From: Gemmatimonadaceae bacterium
GTDB taxonomy: Bacteria; Gemmatimonadota; Gemmatimonadetes; Gemmatimonadales; Gemmatimonadaceae
Direction of reading: 5' to 3'
Assembly (NCBI GenBank): GCA_051859245.1
Contig: JBHYGA010000004.1
Location: forward strand, 832,001 to 896,000
Length of the DNA: 64,000 nt
Shown here: in pieces, positions 18,302 through 29,500 of the stretch
Layout: each line of letters begins with the position of its first letter
Numbering within the stretch: position 1 is the first letter of the stretch
Program-made: the position numbers and the translations under genes
Notes under the pieces: model-generated
The model's database searches: none
What the model was told of the DNA's origin: nothing
Seen by the model: the letters and a program-made list of their open reading frames with translations, nothing else

Positions 18302-19537
18302 TTACGCGACTGGTCCGGCAACAATGCCATCATCGTGCAGTTGCCCAAGCTCGGCTTCGCTGACGCCAGCGAGCTCGAGCAGAATTTCATCCGTGTGCTG
18401 ACCAAGCAGCGGGGCGGGCGCCGACGGAAGTCGGTGCATCGCCCCAAAATGCAGCGGCGTTCCGGCCGCCAGCACGTTACCAACTCCGGGCTGCGAGAGC
18501 TGAGAGAACATTGGATTCGCGACTGAACAATCCGCGTCTTGCGCGAGCGTTTCTCGCACGGTGCGGTATGGCGCCCACGTGACACGATGCGCAGCAAATG
18601 ATTCAGCGACTGCCGAAAGCGTGCGCGCCGCAAACCACGGTTCCAGCTCGCGCGCAATTGCCTCGCGGGCGCGAAAGCGGTTGCCTTCTTCCTTGAGATC
18701 AAGACCGAGCTGTGCACCCAACGCCGTCATCGCACTGCCGCTGCCTGTGGCGGAGCAGAGTGTCATCCACTGCGCATCCGTCAGACCAATCACCATGACG
18801 CGCGCCCCGTCCTGCGTGACAAAATCGCGGCCAAACGCACCGTACAAGTAGTTGCCGTAACGCGGACGATCGATGTTCGTGAGCTCAACTTCAGCAATGA
18901 AGCCGAGCGCGCCGAGCATCGCGAGGCCGACGTCTTTAAGCGCGAGCGAAATGAACTGTCCCTGTTTGGTACGCGTGCGGTGTCGCTCAGCAGCCAGAAT
19001 GGCAATGGCGATCTGGTGTCCGGCAATCGCATCCCACGCCGGGAAGACATGGTTCACCGGATCCGGACTGTCTGCCGGCCCCGTGATGTTCGGAAAACCA
19101 AGCTGTGGATTCACCGTGTAGTCCACCTCCGATCCACCATCTCGGCGACCGGTGAGGTTGACCATGATGAGATCATCGCGATGCGCGCGCAGTGCATCGT
19201 AAGCGAGCCAGCCACGCGCGGGAAAGTTGGTGGAGAAGATTCCCGCGTCCGCACCTGGCGCACAGATCACACGCGTGAGCAGCTCCTGCGCACGTGGCGA
19301 ACGCAGGTCTACCGCGATGGATCGCTTGCCCTTGTTGAGTCCGGTCCAGAACAGACTCGCCGAGCCATCCGCTGTGAGCGGCCAACGGCGGGCGTCGAGG
19401 CCACCACCGATGGGATCGAAGCGAATGACATCGGCGCCAAGCTGTGCCAACGTCATACCACCGAGCGGCGCGGCAACGAATGCCGATCCCTCAACCACAC
19501 GCATGCCGCTCAACACAGGCTTCGCCGAGTGTGTCAC
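18302..19537 (-). CDS. mct: Mesaconyl-CoA C1:C4 CoA transferase (family III)
   Basis: [57 protein letters not shown] (catalytic Asp) and [12 protein letters not shown], as I recall for Mct. Confidence 0.92.
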   Translation of the reverse strand: MTHSAKPVLSGMRVVEGSAFVAAPLGGMTLAQLGADVIRFDPIGGGLDARRWPLTADGSASLFWTGLNKGKRSIAVDLRSPRAQELLTRVICAPGADAGIFSTNFPARGWLAYDALRAHRDDLIMVNLTGRRDGGSEVDYTVNPQLGFPNITGPADSPDPVNHVFPAWDAIAGHQIAIAILAAERHRTRTKQGQFISLALKDVGLAMLGALGFIAEVELTNIDRPRYGNYLYGAFGRDFVTQDGARVMVIGLTDAQWMTLCSATGSGSAMTALGAQLGLDLKEEGNRFRAREAIARELEPWFAARTLSAVAESFAAHRVTWAPYRTVRETLAQDADCSVANPMFSQLSQPGVGNVLAAGTPLHFGAMHRLPSAPAPLLGQHTDEILLELAGVSEAELGQLHDDGIVAGPVA

Positions 19538-19540
19538 GCG

Positions 19541-20767
19541 CTAGATCACCCGTTGGGCGCGAAGTGAGGCGATTTCTGACTCGGATTTTCCGAGCACATC
19601 ACGCAGCACTTCTTCGGTATGCTGACCGAGTGTTGGGCCGAGACTGCGAATCGTGCCTGGCGTTTCGGAGAGAAGCGGCACGGGAGACGGAATCACCATG
19701 GACTCGCCCGTAAGTGGATCATCGATGGCCACAAGATTGCGGCGTGCGTGAAACTGCCGGTCGCCAAAAATATCGGCAATGTTGTTGAGCGGACCGGCTG
19801 GCGTGTCTGTCGCGTAACAACGCGTGAGCACCTCTTCCCGGGTCAGTGACCCGCACCAATCGCGTACGATTTCGTTGACGGCGTGGCAGTGGGAGAGTCG
19901 CACCTTCTGCTCACCGTACGTGCTTGTTGAGGCCAGCTCTGGCCGCCCCATGGCTGCCGCCAGTCGGGCAAACAGTTTGTCGGTGGCGCATGAGATGGCC
20001 ACCCACTTGCCGTCGCGTGTGGCGAAGTGTCCGTGCGGGCACGCAAAGTCATTGTGCGACGATCCCATGCGTTCGCGCACCATACCGTACATGCTGTACG
20101 CCGGTGCCAGCTCGTCGGTGCAGCGAAACACCGATTCATACAGCGCCGCGTCCACGTACTGGCCTTCGCCTGTCTGATCACGATGACGCAGCGCCATGAG
20201 CACGCCGAGACATCCGTACAAACCGGTCATGTAGTCGCCGAGTGTGGTGGACCCCGGCGTCACCGGCGTGCCTTTTGGCATGCCGGCCAGGTAGGCAATG
20301 CCACCAACGGCATGGGCAACACGCGCAAATCCGGGCCGATCCTTGTACGGGCCGGTTTGTCCGTACCCCGTGACGCGAAGCATGACGAGTCGCGGATTGA
20401 TAGCGTGCAGCACATCCCAGCCCAGTCCCCATTTTTCGAGCGTGCCCGTGCGAAAGTTCTCACACAGCACATCCGTTTTGGCGATGATTTCCTTGAACAG
20501 CGCTACACCTTCAGGCAAGCGCAGATCGAGTGTGACGGATCGCTTGTTGCGCGCTTCGCTCACCCAGGTGAGTGTGTCGCCGCGCTGCGATGGTGTGCCA
20601 AAGCGGCGCAGACCATCACCACCGAGCGGGTGCTCGATCTTGAGCACGTCCGCACCGAACTCGCCGAGCAGCGTGGCGCAGAACGGTGCCGCAATAATGG
20701 TGGCGATATCAACCACGCGAATGCCGTGCAACGGCAGCGCGCTCGTATCAGGCGTCTTCTGATGCAT
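19541..20767 (-). CDS. smtB: Succinyl-CoA:(S)-malate CoA transferase subunit B
   Basis: Family III CoA transferase; [42 protein letters not shown] and [14 protein letters not shown] match my recall of SmtB. Confidence 0.9.
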   Translation of the reverse strand: MHQKTPDTSALPLHGIRVVDIATIIAAPFCATLLGEFGADVLKIEHPLGGDGLRRFGTPSQRGDTLTWVSEARNKRSVTLDLRLPEGVALFKEIIAKTDVLCENFRTGTLEKWGLGWDVLHAINPRLVMLRVTGYGQTGPYKDRPGFARVAHAVGGIAYLAGMPKGTPVTPGSTTLGDYMTGLYGCLGVLMALRHRDQTGEGQYVDAALYESVFRCTDELAPAYSMYGMVRERMGSSHNDFACPHGHFATRDGKWVAISCATDKLFARLAAAMGRPELASTSTYGEQKVRLSHCHAVNEIVRDWCGSLTREEVLTRCYATDTPAGPLNNIADIFGDRQFHARRNLVAIDDPLTGESMVIPSPVPLLSETPGTIRSLGPTLGQHTEEVLRDVLGKSESEIASLRAQRVI

Positions 20768-20778
20768 GCGATGGCGGC

Positions 20779-22008
20779 TCAGATGATGTGCTGCGAACGC
20801 AGACGTTCGATCTCTGCGGCGGCAAGGCCGAGCAGATCGCGCATGACTTCATCGGTGGCGTTGCCGAGTGTTGGACCGAGGTTGGTGATGCGCCCTGGCG
20901 TTTTGGAGAGTCGTGGCACAACGCCCGGAATCACGATGTCCTCAATGCCGGGCTCCGACATATGCACCAGATCCTCGCGCGCCTGAAACTGCTCGTCGGC
21001 AAAGATGTCGGCGATTGAGTTCACTTTTCCTACCGGGACTTCTTCGGCGAGACATTTGGCGAGCACTTCATCGCGCGTGAGTGATCCCACCCAGTCAATC
21101 ACAATCGCGTTCACGCGATCGCGATCGGCGAGTCGCTTGCGCTGATCACCGTACAGATTGCTCGACGAGAGATGCGGTTGTCCCATGGCGACCGACAATC
21201 GTTCAAACATTTTGTCGGTCGTGCACGCGATCGCGATCCACTTGTCGTCTGAGGTACGAAAATGTCCGTGCGGCACCGCCACAAAACTGCCGGACCCTTC
21301 GCGTTCGCGGATTTTGCCAGATGTCCCGTAGGCCGTGGCAATTTCTTCGAGCACACGAAACACCGACTCGTAAATGCCGACGTCGACCATTTGTCCGCGT
21401 CCCGTCTGCTCCTGATGACGCAGCGCGATCAGCGTGCCGATGGCACCAAACAAACTGGCGATGTAGTCACCAAGCGGCACGGTGCCAGGCAGCACCGGCG
21501 TTTCACCCGGGAAGCCCGACAAATAGTTCAGGCCACCGAACGCTTGCGCGATGTGTGCGAAGCCAGAGCGCCGGCGATACGGTCCCGTTTGTCCGTAGCC
21601 CGACACGCGCAGCATGACGAGACGTGGATTCGCGGCGTGAATTTCCGACCAACCCAGTCCCCATTCTTCCATGGTGCCGGGTCGAAAGTTTTCGACCAGC
21701 ACGTGCGACTTGCGCACCAGTGCCAGAAACAGCTCAACGCCTTCGGGCTTTCGCAAGTCGAGTGTGACGGATTTGCGATTGCGTCCTTCGCTCAGCCACT
21801 TGAGTGTGGCATCGGCGCGTGGCGACGGTGTGCCGAATCGTCGCATGGGATCGCCTGCAATCGGATGCTCGATCTTGAGCACTTCCGCACCAAACTCTCC
21901 AAGAATCGACGCGGCGTAGGGACCGGCGAGAAAGTTGCCAACATCAAGCACCCGGATTCCCGTCAACGGCAGTTGTTCTGCCGCGGTCTTCTCTTCAGCA
22001 GTACTCAC
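20779..22008 (-). CDS. smtA: Succinyl-CoA:(S)-malate CoA transferase subunit A
   Basis: [53 protein letters not shown] and [12 protein letters not shown] match my recall of SmtA. Start placed at GTG 22008 (AAGGGG RBS); the ORF track extends to 22086. Confidence 0.9.
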   Translation of the reverse strand: MSTAEEKTAAEQLPLTGIRVLDVGNFLAGPYAASILGEFGAEVLKIEHPIAGDPMRRFGTPSPRADATLKWLSEGRNRKSVTLDLRKPEGVELFLALVRKSHVLVENFRPGTMEEWGLGWSEIHAANPRLVMLRVSGYGQTGPYRRRSGFAHIAQAFGGLNYLSGFPGETPVLPGTVPLGDYIASLFGAIGTLIALRHQEQTGRGQMVDVGIYESVFRVLEEIATAYGTSGKIREREGSGSFVAVPHGHFRTSDDKWIAIACTTDKMFERLSVAMGQPHLSSSNLYGDQRKRLADRDRVNAIVIDWVGSLTRDEVLAKCLAEEVPVGKVNSIADIFADEQFQAREDLVHMSEPGIEDIVIPGVVPRLSKTPGRITNLGPTLGNATDEVMRDLLGLAAAEIERLRSQHII

Positions 22009-22190
22009 CAACACCCCTTGGCATAGCGCAAAGTCACGTGCTACTCGGACTTCGCAATCATGGCGCACAACGGCGAAATGCGCCACGTTTGTGGCACAGA
22101 TCTGTCAGTGACGCGCGGGGATGGCTGATCATCGCCAAGCCACTCGCGACACCAACGCGACAGAAAGGTTCTCCGTTCCCCGCCACATCG

Positions 22191-23084
22191 ATGACCGACG
22201 ACGTAACTGAACTCACCACCTGGATCGGACGACGCGAAGTGGTGCGCGATGATCTGGCGGTGACGCAGGCGCAGGCCGCCGCCGCGATGTTCGATCTGAA
22301 CGACGAGCCGCACGCGGGTACCGCGCTGCCGCCCCTTTGGCACTGGTTCTACTTCTTGCCGCGAGCGCGCCAGGAGCGACTTGATCGCGACGGACATCCG
22401 GCACGCGGCGGATTTCTGCCACCGATTACGCTACCGCGTCGCATGTTCGCGGGAAGCCGTGTAACGTTTCATGCACCGCTCGTGCTTGGCACGCCCGCCG
22501 AGCGCGAGGCGACCATCAAAAACGTGTCGCTCAAAAGCGGACGCACCGGCGCGCTCGCGTTCGTCACGGTTGGCTATCGGTTTACGCAGCAGGCGCAGCT
22601 GTGCGTGGAAGAAGAGCAGGATATCGTGTATCGCGAGGTCGGCGATGCGGTTGACGCGCCTGATGTGCGCGAATGGCCCGCGCCTCCCGCCGGCGCGCGA
22701 ACCCGTGATGTCCACGCCGATTCCCGTCTGCTCTTTCGTTTTTCCGCACTCACCTTTAACGCGCATCGCATTCACTACGATCGCGCGTACGCGACGCAGG
22801 ACGAGGGCTACCCAGGACTTGTCGTACACGGGCCGCTCACGGCGATGCTGCTCGCGGAGCTTGCCCAGTCTGTTGAAAGCGCGCACGCAGAACGCGAGCA
22901 CCGCGCACCACGCGACATGCGTACGTTCAGCTTTCGTGGCCTGTCACCGCTCTTTGACACGGCGCCGTTCCGACTGCAGGCGCTCGCCGGGGACCATGCC
23001 ACAACACTTGAGGCGATTCGCTCCGACAGTGCGACGGCCATCAAGGCCGACGCGACCTTTTCGGTCAAGCCGCCGGAAGAATGA
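22191..23084 (+). CDS. meh: Mesaconyl-C4-CoA hydratase
   Basis: LPPLWHWFYFLPRA, DGHP.RGGF.PPI..PRRMFAG, EEEQDIVYRE, LLFRFSALTFNAHRIHYD and GYPGLVVHGPL; divergent from smtA; start at ATG 22191. Confidence 0.87.
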   Translation: MTDDVTELTTWIGRREVVRDDLAVTQAQAAAAMFDLNDEPHAGTALPPLWHWFYFLPRARQERLDRDGHPARGGFLPPITLPRRMFAGSRVTFHAPLVLGTPAEREATIKNVSLKSGRTGALAFVTVGYRFTQQAQLCVEEEQDIVYREVGDAVDAPDVREWPAPPAGARTRDVHADSRLLFRFSALTFNAHRIHYDRAYATQDEGYPGLVVHGPLTAMLLAELAQSVESAHAEREHRAPRDMRTFSFRGLSPLFDTAPFRLQALAGDHATTLEAIRSDSATAIKADATFSVKPPEE

Positions 23085-24387
23085 GCCGAACCGCCGTGCC
23101 TTCGCCCAGCTTGCTCTCGACTTCAATACTGCCGCCGAGATCCTGCACAATGCGCGAGACCACGGTGAGTCCGACACCAGACCCGCGATTGTTCTCCTTG
23201 CTGCTGAAGAACGGTTCGAAAATGCGTTGACGTGTTTCTTCCGACATGCCAACGCCGGAGTCACGCACTTCAAGCACAACGCTGAGCCCTGACGTAGCCG
23301 TGGGTGCACGATCAGACGCGCTGATCACGAGTGTGCCGCCACCCGGCATCGCGTCTCGTGCATTGAATGCAAGATTCAGAATCGCCTGTTCAAGTCGGCT
23401 GGCGACGCCCATGATGGGCCGTGACGCGCGGTGGTCGAACGATATGAGAATGCGACGCGTGAGAATAGGCGGCAACAACGCTTCGAGATGTGCGAAGAAC
23501 GCGCGCACGTCAACGGCGGAGGGCGTCGCGCTGGTTCCGCGTCCAACCGAGAGCAGACTACGCACGAGCGTGCCTGCCTGCGTTCCCACTTCCTTCATGT
23601 CTTGCAACGCATCAGCGGCATCCGGATGATCGCTCGTTCCTTCGAGCAACTCGGCGCTGGCGGTCATCACTTGCACCATATTTGCAAGGTCGTGCGCCAC
23701 ACCGGTTGCGAGCGTAGCCACCAACTCTCGACGCTGCATGGATTCTGCTTCGGCTTGCATCGCGAGCAACGCTTCTTGTTGCTCTTCAAGCTCTGCGGCG
23801 GCGCGTCGATAGATCTCGGTGGTTTTCACAACGATTGAACCGGCAAACCACAAACCGCCAAACACAAAGAACAATTCAAGAACGCGATAGCCTGTTGTTT
23901 GCGCTTCCGAAACCGCCGCCGGTTGCACCGCGCCGCTGTACGCGAAGTAAAAGCCGGCAACAGACGCCGCGGTCGCGAGTACGAGACCGGTAATCAGCGC
24001 GCGCGGTCCGAAAAAAAGCACCGCCACCAACAATGTTACGGCCAACGCCGACACATTCACGGAGCGCGGTCCATTCATCACGAGCGACAGGGCGATCGCG
24101 ATTGTCACACACACGAGATACGCGGCGGCTCGCACACGCGGCGATCGCAGCGGCCATTCCCGAAGCATGAGTGCACCGAGTACCGACAGTGGCACGATCG
24201 GCCACATGAGCGGCTGCGTGATGTACTCGTCCCACCGCAAATAGAACGAGGTGGCAAGCACCGGCGTCCATACCCACAGCGTCAACTGAAACAGCTGACG
24301 CAGCGACGCCTCCCGGGATTCGTCGAGAGGCGAGCTGCGGCGTACGGTGATCAGATTGGCGCGACGGGGAGTCAGGGGAGTTGTCAC
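23065..24387 (-). CDS. Membrane-bound sensor histidine kinase
   Basis: About 6 hydrophobic helices, H-box GVAHDLAN, N-box NLAFNARDA, DSGVGM, FEPFFSSK, GSGVGL; start uncertain (24387-24423). Confidence 0.88.
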   Translation of the reverse strand: MTTPLTPRRANLITVRRSSPLDESREASLRQLFQLTLWVWTPVLATSFYLRWDEYITQPLMWPIVPLSVLGALMLREWPLRSPRVRAAAYLVCVTIAIALSLVMNGPRSVNVSALAVTLLVAVLFFGPRALITGLVLATAASVAGFYFAYSGAVQPAAVSEAQTTGYRVLELFFVFGGLWFAGSIVVKTTEIYRRAAAELEEQQEALLAMQAEAESMQRRELVATLATGVAHDLANMVQVMTASAELLEGTSDHPDAADALQDMKEVGTQAGTLVRSLLSVGRGTSATPSAVDVRAFFAHLEALLPPILTRRILISFDHRASRPIMGVASRLEQAILNLAFNARDAMPGGGTLVISASDRAPTATSGLSVVLEVRDSGVGMSEETRQRIFEPFFSSKENNRGSGVGLTVVSRIVQDLGGSIEVESKLGEGTAVRLILPAA

Positions 24388-24423
24388 AGAGGAGAATCTC
24401 TCCCGCTCCCGCGCGCCGCGCAA

Positions 24424-24888
24424 TCAATCGCTTTTGATTCGCGTTCCGGTAATCGGCTGTGCGCCCATGCTCGGCATGCTCACGCCTTCGATTTCCCGCT
24501 CAAGCGAGCCCGACAATACATCGCCATTTGCATCAAGCACGAACGTGCTGATCGCGGTGCGCACGGATTCTTCGCCATTCATGTTCAGTCGTGCCTCGCT
24601 GCGCAGTACGAACGTGACCTTGCCGTCAACGCGTTTAGCCGCCAGTCGTGACGGCGGTCGCGAGGGCCGACCTTCCATCGGCTCGGTGCTCAGTGTTGCG
24701 ATGAGCGAGTCGCCTTCCGCGACCACCTTGAGCGTGCCCTTCTGCATGATGGGGGTGGGCTCTCCGTTCTCCACGCGCATACCACCGGGCAGTGAAACGG
24801 TCCAGTCTCCGGCGAGTGGGTGCGATTGAGCCGTGAGCGTGACGGGCAACGCGAACAACGCGAGCGACAGCAAGCTGATGCGTAACAT
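24424..24888 (-). CDS. Hypothetical secreted beta-rich protein
   Basis: Signal peptide MLRISLLSLALFALPVTLTAQ followed by HPLAGDW; fills the gap between neighbouring genes. Confidence 0.7.
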   Translation of the reverse strand: MLRISLLSLALFALPVTLTAQSHPLAGDWTVSLPGGMRVENGEPTPIMQKGTLKVVAEGDSLIATLSTEPMEGRPSRPPSRLAAKRVDGKVTFVLRSEARLNMNGEESVRTAISTFVLDANGDVLSGSLEREIEGVSMPSMGAQPITGTRIKSD

Positions 24889-24959
24889 GGGAGGAGATTC
24901 CTGATCGGGAGTGAAGGTGCGACGCGTACGGCAGTGGTGGCCGGCGCGAATACGACACC

Positions 24960-25628
24960 TCAACCGTTCGAAGGGATCACTCTCGGCTCCGGCGCTCGCC
25001 GTGCGGCCTGTATCCAGCCGACGAGCACCAACAAGGCGGCGAACACGCCCACAAAAAACATGATTTCGGCAACGCTGCGACTGACGAAGCCTCTGGTGGA
25101 GAACACGACCACCATGGCCGCCGCGCCGCCAATACCGTAGCCCAACCGCTCGAGTAGCGGCATGGGCGGACCGACCGGGCGCGGCGCGCGCTGCTCCGGC
25201 GCGAAGAGGATACCGCGCCAGCGATCGTAGTCCCAGCAGAGCAGAAACGTGTTCGCCAGCAGCATCAGCGCAGTCACGTAGACGGTGCCCTGGAACTGAA
25301 TGGCCCAGGTGAGTACGGTGATGTTCAGAATGATCGGAAAGAACATCACGGCGCCAAGCGTGGACGTGACGGGAATCAGAATGAGAATTCCGGACAGTAC
25401 CTGACCCCAGCCGAGAAAATTCCAGTACGGCCCCGTCTGGTACATCGCTTCAAAAAACGCGCCCACGGGGTGTTCGGTGCTAATGGACGTGAAGCGCTGT
25501 CCCAGCACCTTCACCATGCCGGTCGGAATGAACGCGAGCGCGAGCAGCAGGCGCGAAATCACCGCCAGTCGGTACAGCGGGGCAATACGTCTCGCTGCGG
25601 CGTGGAGACGATCGAAAAAATCTTGCAT
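24960..25628 (-). CDS. DoxX-like membrane protein
   Basis: Several TM helices; RLLLALAFIPTG.VK and FFEAMYQTGPYWNFLGWGQ; start at ATG 25628. Confidence 0.75.
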   Translation of the reverse strand: MQDFFDRLHAAARRIAPLYRLAVISRLLLALAFIPTGMVKVLGQRFTSISTEHPVGAFFEAMYQTGPYWNFLGWGQVLSGILILIPVTSTLGAVMFFPIILNITVLTWAIQFQGTVYVTALMLLANTFLLCWDYDRWRGILFAPEQRAPRPVGPPMPLLERLGYGIGGAAAMVVVFSTRGFVSRSVAEIMFFVGVFAALLVLVGWIQAARRAPEPRVIPSNG

Positions 25629-25795
25629 GGGCAATGCGTGGGGTGGGCCAGGGGAGTGGCGATGTTGGCCGTACGACACCGATAGGCGCGAGGTTTCTTG
25701 CCCGCCGGTGCGTACCGCCGCCGGCAACTGCCACCATCAAGTAAAGAATGAACAGCAACGACGTTCTACGCAGAGTGAGGGTATAGCTTCCGGAT

Positions 25796-26509
25796 ATGCC
25801 AACACGTGAAGACCACATCGCCACGCGACACACGACATTCAGCGCCGAGCTTGACGCGTCAACGACACAGCGCGTGGCCCAAGCGTACGATCGCTGGGCT
25901 GAGACGTACGATTCGCAGGACAACCGCACGCGTGATCTTGACGCGGTCGTACTTCGCACGCATGGTCCGGGCATTCGCGGTCGCGCGGTGCTTGAGCTCG
26001 GATGCGGCACCGGGAAAAACACCGAGTGGTTGGCGGCCAATTGCCGCACCGTGACGGCACTCGACTTGTCGGAAGGCATGTTGACGGCGGCGAGAGCTCG
26101 CGTGTCGGCCTCGCATGTTTCGTTCGTGCAGCACGATCTGTTGACGCCGTGGCCGGTTGCGGATGGCACCATGGATCTTGTGGTCGGCAATCTCGTGCTG
26201 GAGCACATTCGTGATCTCTCGCCGGTCTTTCGCGAGTGCGCCCGTGTGCTGCGGCGCGGTGGCAAGCTGTATCTCAGTGAGCTGCATCCCGCCCGACAAC
26301 TGCGCGGCGCGCAGGCGCATTTTACCGACGTGAGCAGCGGTGACGTGGTGCATGTGCCGGCGTTCACGCACACCATCAGCGAGTATGTGAACACCGCCAT
26401 CAGCGCCGGGTTTACGCTGCGAAAGATGGGCGAGTGGCTGGAAGACGAGCCCCCGCCGCAACACGTGCCCCCGCGTTTGCTGACCCTTCAGTTTGTACGC
26501 ACGACCTGA
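25796..26509 (+). CDS. Class I SAM-dependent methyltransferase
   Basis: YDRWAETYD, VLELGCGTG, LDLSEGML, LVLEHI and RVLRRGG. Confidence 0.9.
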   Translation: MPTREDHIATRHTTFSAELDASTTQRVAQAYDRWAETYDSQDNRTRDLDAVVLRTHGPGIRGRAVLELGCGTGKNTEWLAANCRTVTALDLSEGMLTAARARVSASHVSFVQHDLLTPWPVADGTMDLVVGNLVLEHIRDLSPVFRECARVLRRGGKLYLSELHPARQLRGAQAHFTDVSSGDVVHVPAFTHTISEYVNTAISAGFTLRKMGEWLEDEPPPQHVPPRLLTLQFVRTT

Positions 26510-26551
26510 CCGGCTCTGGCGCAAACCGGGACCCGGGGTCCAGAATAAACG

Positions 26552-29500
26552 ATGACCCCTTCACTGATCGTCCCGCGTGGCGGCTTCGCCGCCCTCTCTG
26601 TTGTCGCGCTGCTCGGCGTATCATCGCTGCACGCGCAGGCACCGGCCGCCAAGCCGGTCACACTCCCGCTCAAGGCGGAGCGCAGTCACACGTTCACCAC
26701 GACCAAGGGTACGTGGCTGTCGCTTGATGTGTCGCCGGATGGCACGAAAATCGTCTTCGACCTGCTTGGCGATTTGTACACGCTGCCGATGGCCGGCGGA
26801 AAAGCCACGCGCATCACGAGCGGCATGGCGTACGATGTGCAGCCGCGTTTCTCGCCCGATGGATCGCGCATTGTGTTTGTGAGCGATCGATCGGGTGGAG
26901 ACAACGTGTGGCACATGAAAGCCGACGGCACCGACACCGTGCAACTCACCACGGGCAACAACAACCTGTATGTGTCACCGGAGTTCACCCCCGATGGCAA
27001 ATACATTGTGGCATCTAAGTCCGGCGGACTCGGCGGCGTTGGTAAACTGTGGATGTATCACGTGGATGGCGGCAGCGGACTCCCCGTCACGACCGAACCG
27101 GCCGCACCGCCAACGCTCAAAATGATGGGTGCCGCGTTTGGTAAAGATCCGCGCTTCATGTGGTTTGCGGCGCGAACCGGCGACTGGCAGTACAACGCGC
27201 TCGGCCCACAGTATCAGTTGCATGTGTGGGACAAGGAAACGGGACGCACATCGCAGATGAGTACGCGCTTCGGTTCGGGTTTCCGTCCGGCGCTCTCTCC
27301 GGATGGTACCTATCTCGTGTACGGAACGCGTTTTGAAACGAAAACGGGATTGCGCATTCGCAATCTCGACACGCAGGCCGAAGAGTGGCTCGCGTTTCCC
27401 GTGCAGCGTGATGACATGGAATCGCGCGCCCCACTGGATGCGTATCCGGGCTATTCCTTCACTCCCGATTCCCGCGCTGTTGTCGTGTCATACGGCGGTG
27501 AAATCTGGCGTGTACCGGTCGACAAGTCGGCGCCCGTCAAGATTCCGTTTGAAGCGGAAGTCAAGCTTGAAATGGGTCCCGAAGTGAACTTCAAGTATGC
27601 GATCGATACGTCGGCAACATTCACATCGCGCCAGATCCGCGACATCGCGCCGTCTCCCGATGGCAAACAGCTCGCGTTCGTCTCGCTCGATCGTGTGTAT
27701 GTGGTGGACCTTCCGAGCGGCACACCAACGCGCGTCTCGCGCGATACCGTTGGTGAGTTCAATCCATCGTGGTCGCCCGACGGTCAGAGCATCGCGTACG
27801 TGACATGGCACGACGCAACGGGTGGTTCAATTCGCAAAGCGGCGCGTAACGCGCGCTCGAATGCGTGGTCGGTGACCACGTTGACGTCTGGCGCGTTGTT
27901 CAATGACGTGGCGTGGTCCCCCAAAGGTGATCGGATTGCGGCCGTGCGCGCGGCTGCACGCGAAATGCAGGAAGCCGGCGGCGCATTCTTTGGTCCGGCG
28001 GCAGCGGAGTTCGTGTGGGTGCCTGCGGCCGGTGGCAGTGTCACGCGCATCATGCCTACGGGTGGTCTCGGCAATCCGCACTTCACGAAAGATGCTGAGC
28101 GAATTTTTGCGTACGGCGACGGCTTGCAGTCGTTCCGCTGGGACGGCACCGATCTCAAAGTGCATTTGCGTGTGACGGGTCCGTTGCCGCCAGGCGCAGG
28201 CGGCGCGATCGGACTTGATGCGGATCTGGTGGCGCGTGCGGCGCAGCAGTGGATTGGTGGACGTGGTGCACGTCCGATTGATTTCGAAGGCACACGCAGC
28301 TTTGGCATGTTCGCGCCAACACATCTGGATGACAACGAACCGGCACCACCGCGTCCGCGTCCGGCAGGATTGGTAATGATGGCGCCAGATGGGGATCAGG
28401 CGCTGGCCATGGTGGGCATGGATTTGTACACCGTGACGGTGCCCGTTGCAGGAAGCACGCCGCCAACGGTGTCCGTGATTTCACCCGCGACCGCCGCCGT
28501 GCCGGTGCGCAAGTTGAATACGGTGGGTGGCGAGTTTCCCGCGTGGAGTGCCGACGGCAAGAAGGTGATGTGGTCGCTTGGCAATGCGATGTGGACGTAC
28601 GATCTCGATCGCGCGAAGGTTGTTGACGATTCGCTCAAGGTTGACGCGCGTCGTGTTGCCATGCTGCGCGCTGACTCCACCAAGAAGGACAGCATCGCGC
28701 GCTCTGATTCCATCGCCAAGGCGGACACCACGAAGAAGGACAAGCCGGGATACAAGCCGGAAGAGCGGCGCATTGCGGTAACCGCCACGCGCGATCAACC
28801 GCGCGGCGTGCTGGTGTTGCGCGGCGCAAAGACGATCACCATGAAGGGCAATGAGATCATCAACAACGCCGACATTGTGATTCGTGATCGACACATTGTG
28901 GCCGTGGGTGCTCGCGGCACGGTGGCGATACCTGATGGCGCGGAGATCATGGACGTGTCCGGCAAAGTGATCATGCCCGGACTGGTTGATACGCATTACC
29001 ACCCGCAGTGGCTCACGCCGCAGATTCACAACACACAAACGTGGCAGTATCTCGCGACACTCGCGTACGGCACGACAACTACACGCGATCCGCAAACGGC
29101 AACGACTGACTTTTTGAGCTACAGCGATCAGGTGGAGTCAGGCGCAATGATCGGACCGCGCATTTACACCACGGGCCCTGGTGTCTTCAGTGCCGAACCG
29201 GTGCGTGATCTTGATCATGCGCGCGAAATCATGTCGCGCTACGCCAAGTACTACGACACCAAAACGCTCAAGATGTACATGAGTGGCAATCGTCAACAGC
29301 GGCAGTGGATCATCATGGCCGCGAAAGAGCTTGGCATCATGCCTACCACCGAGGGCGGTCTTGATCACAAGCTCAATCTCACGCACGGCATTGACGGGTA
29401 TCCGGGCATTGAACACACGCTGCCAATCACACCCAAGTTCGACGATGTGTATGCGTGGTACACGGCAACAAAAACGGTAAACTCACCTACGCTCGTGGTC

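Noticed and set aside
22092..22106. Sigma54 promoter TGGCAC upstream of meh
   Set aside because: GG-N10 is followed by TC, not the required GC at -12.
16145..23084. Claim that this organism is an autotroph
   Set aside because: Malonyl-CoA reductase, propionyl-CoA synthase and the carboxylases are not in this window, so it cannot be concluded here.
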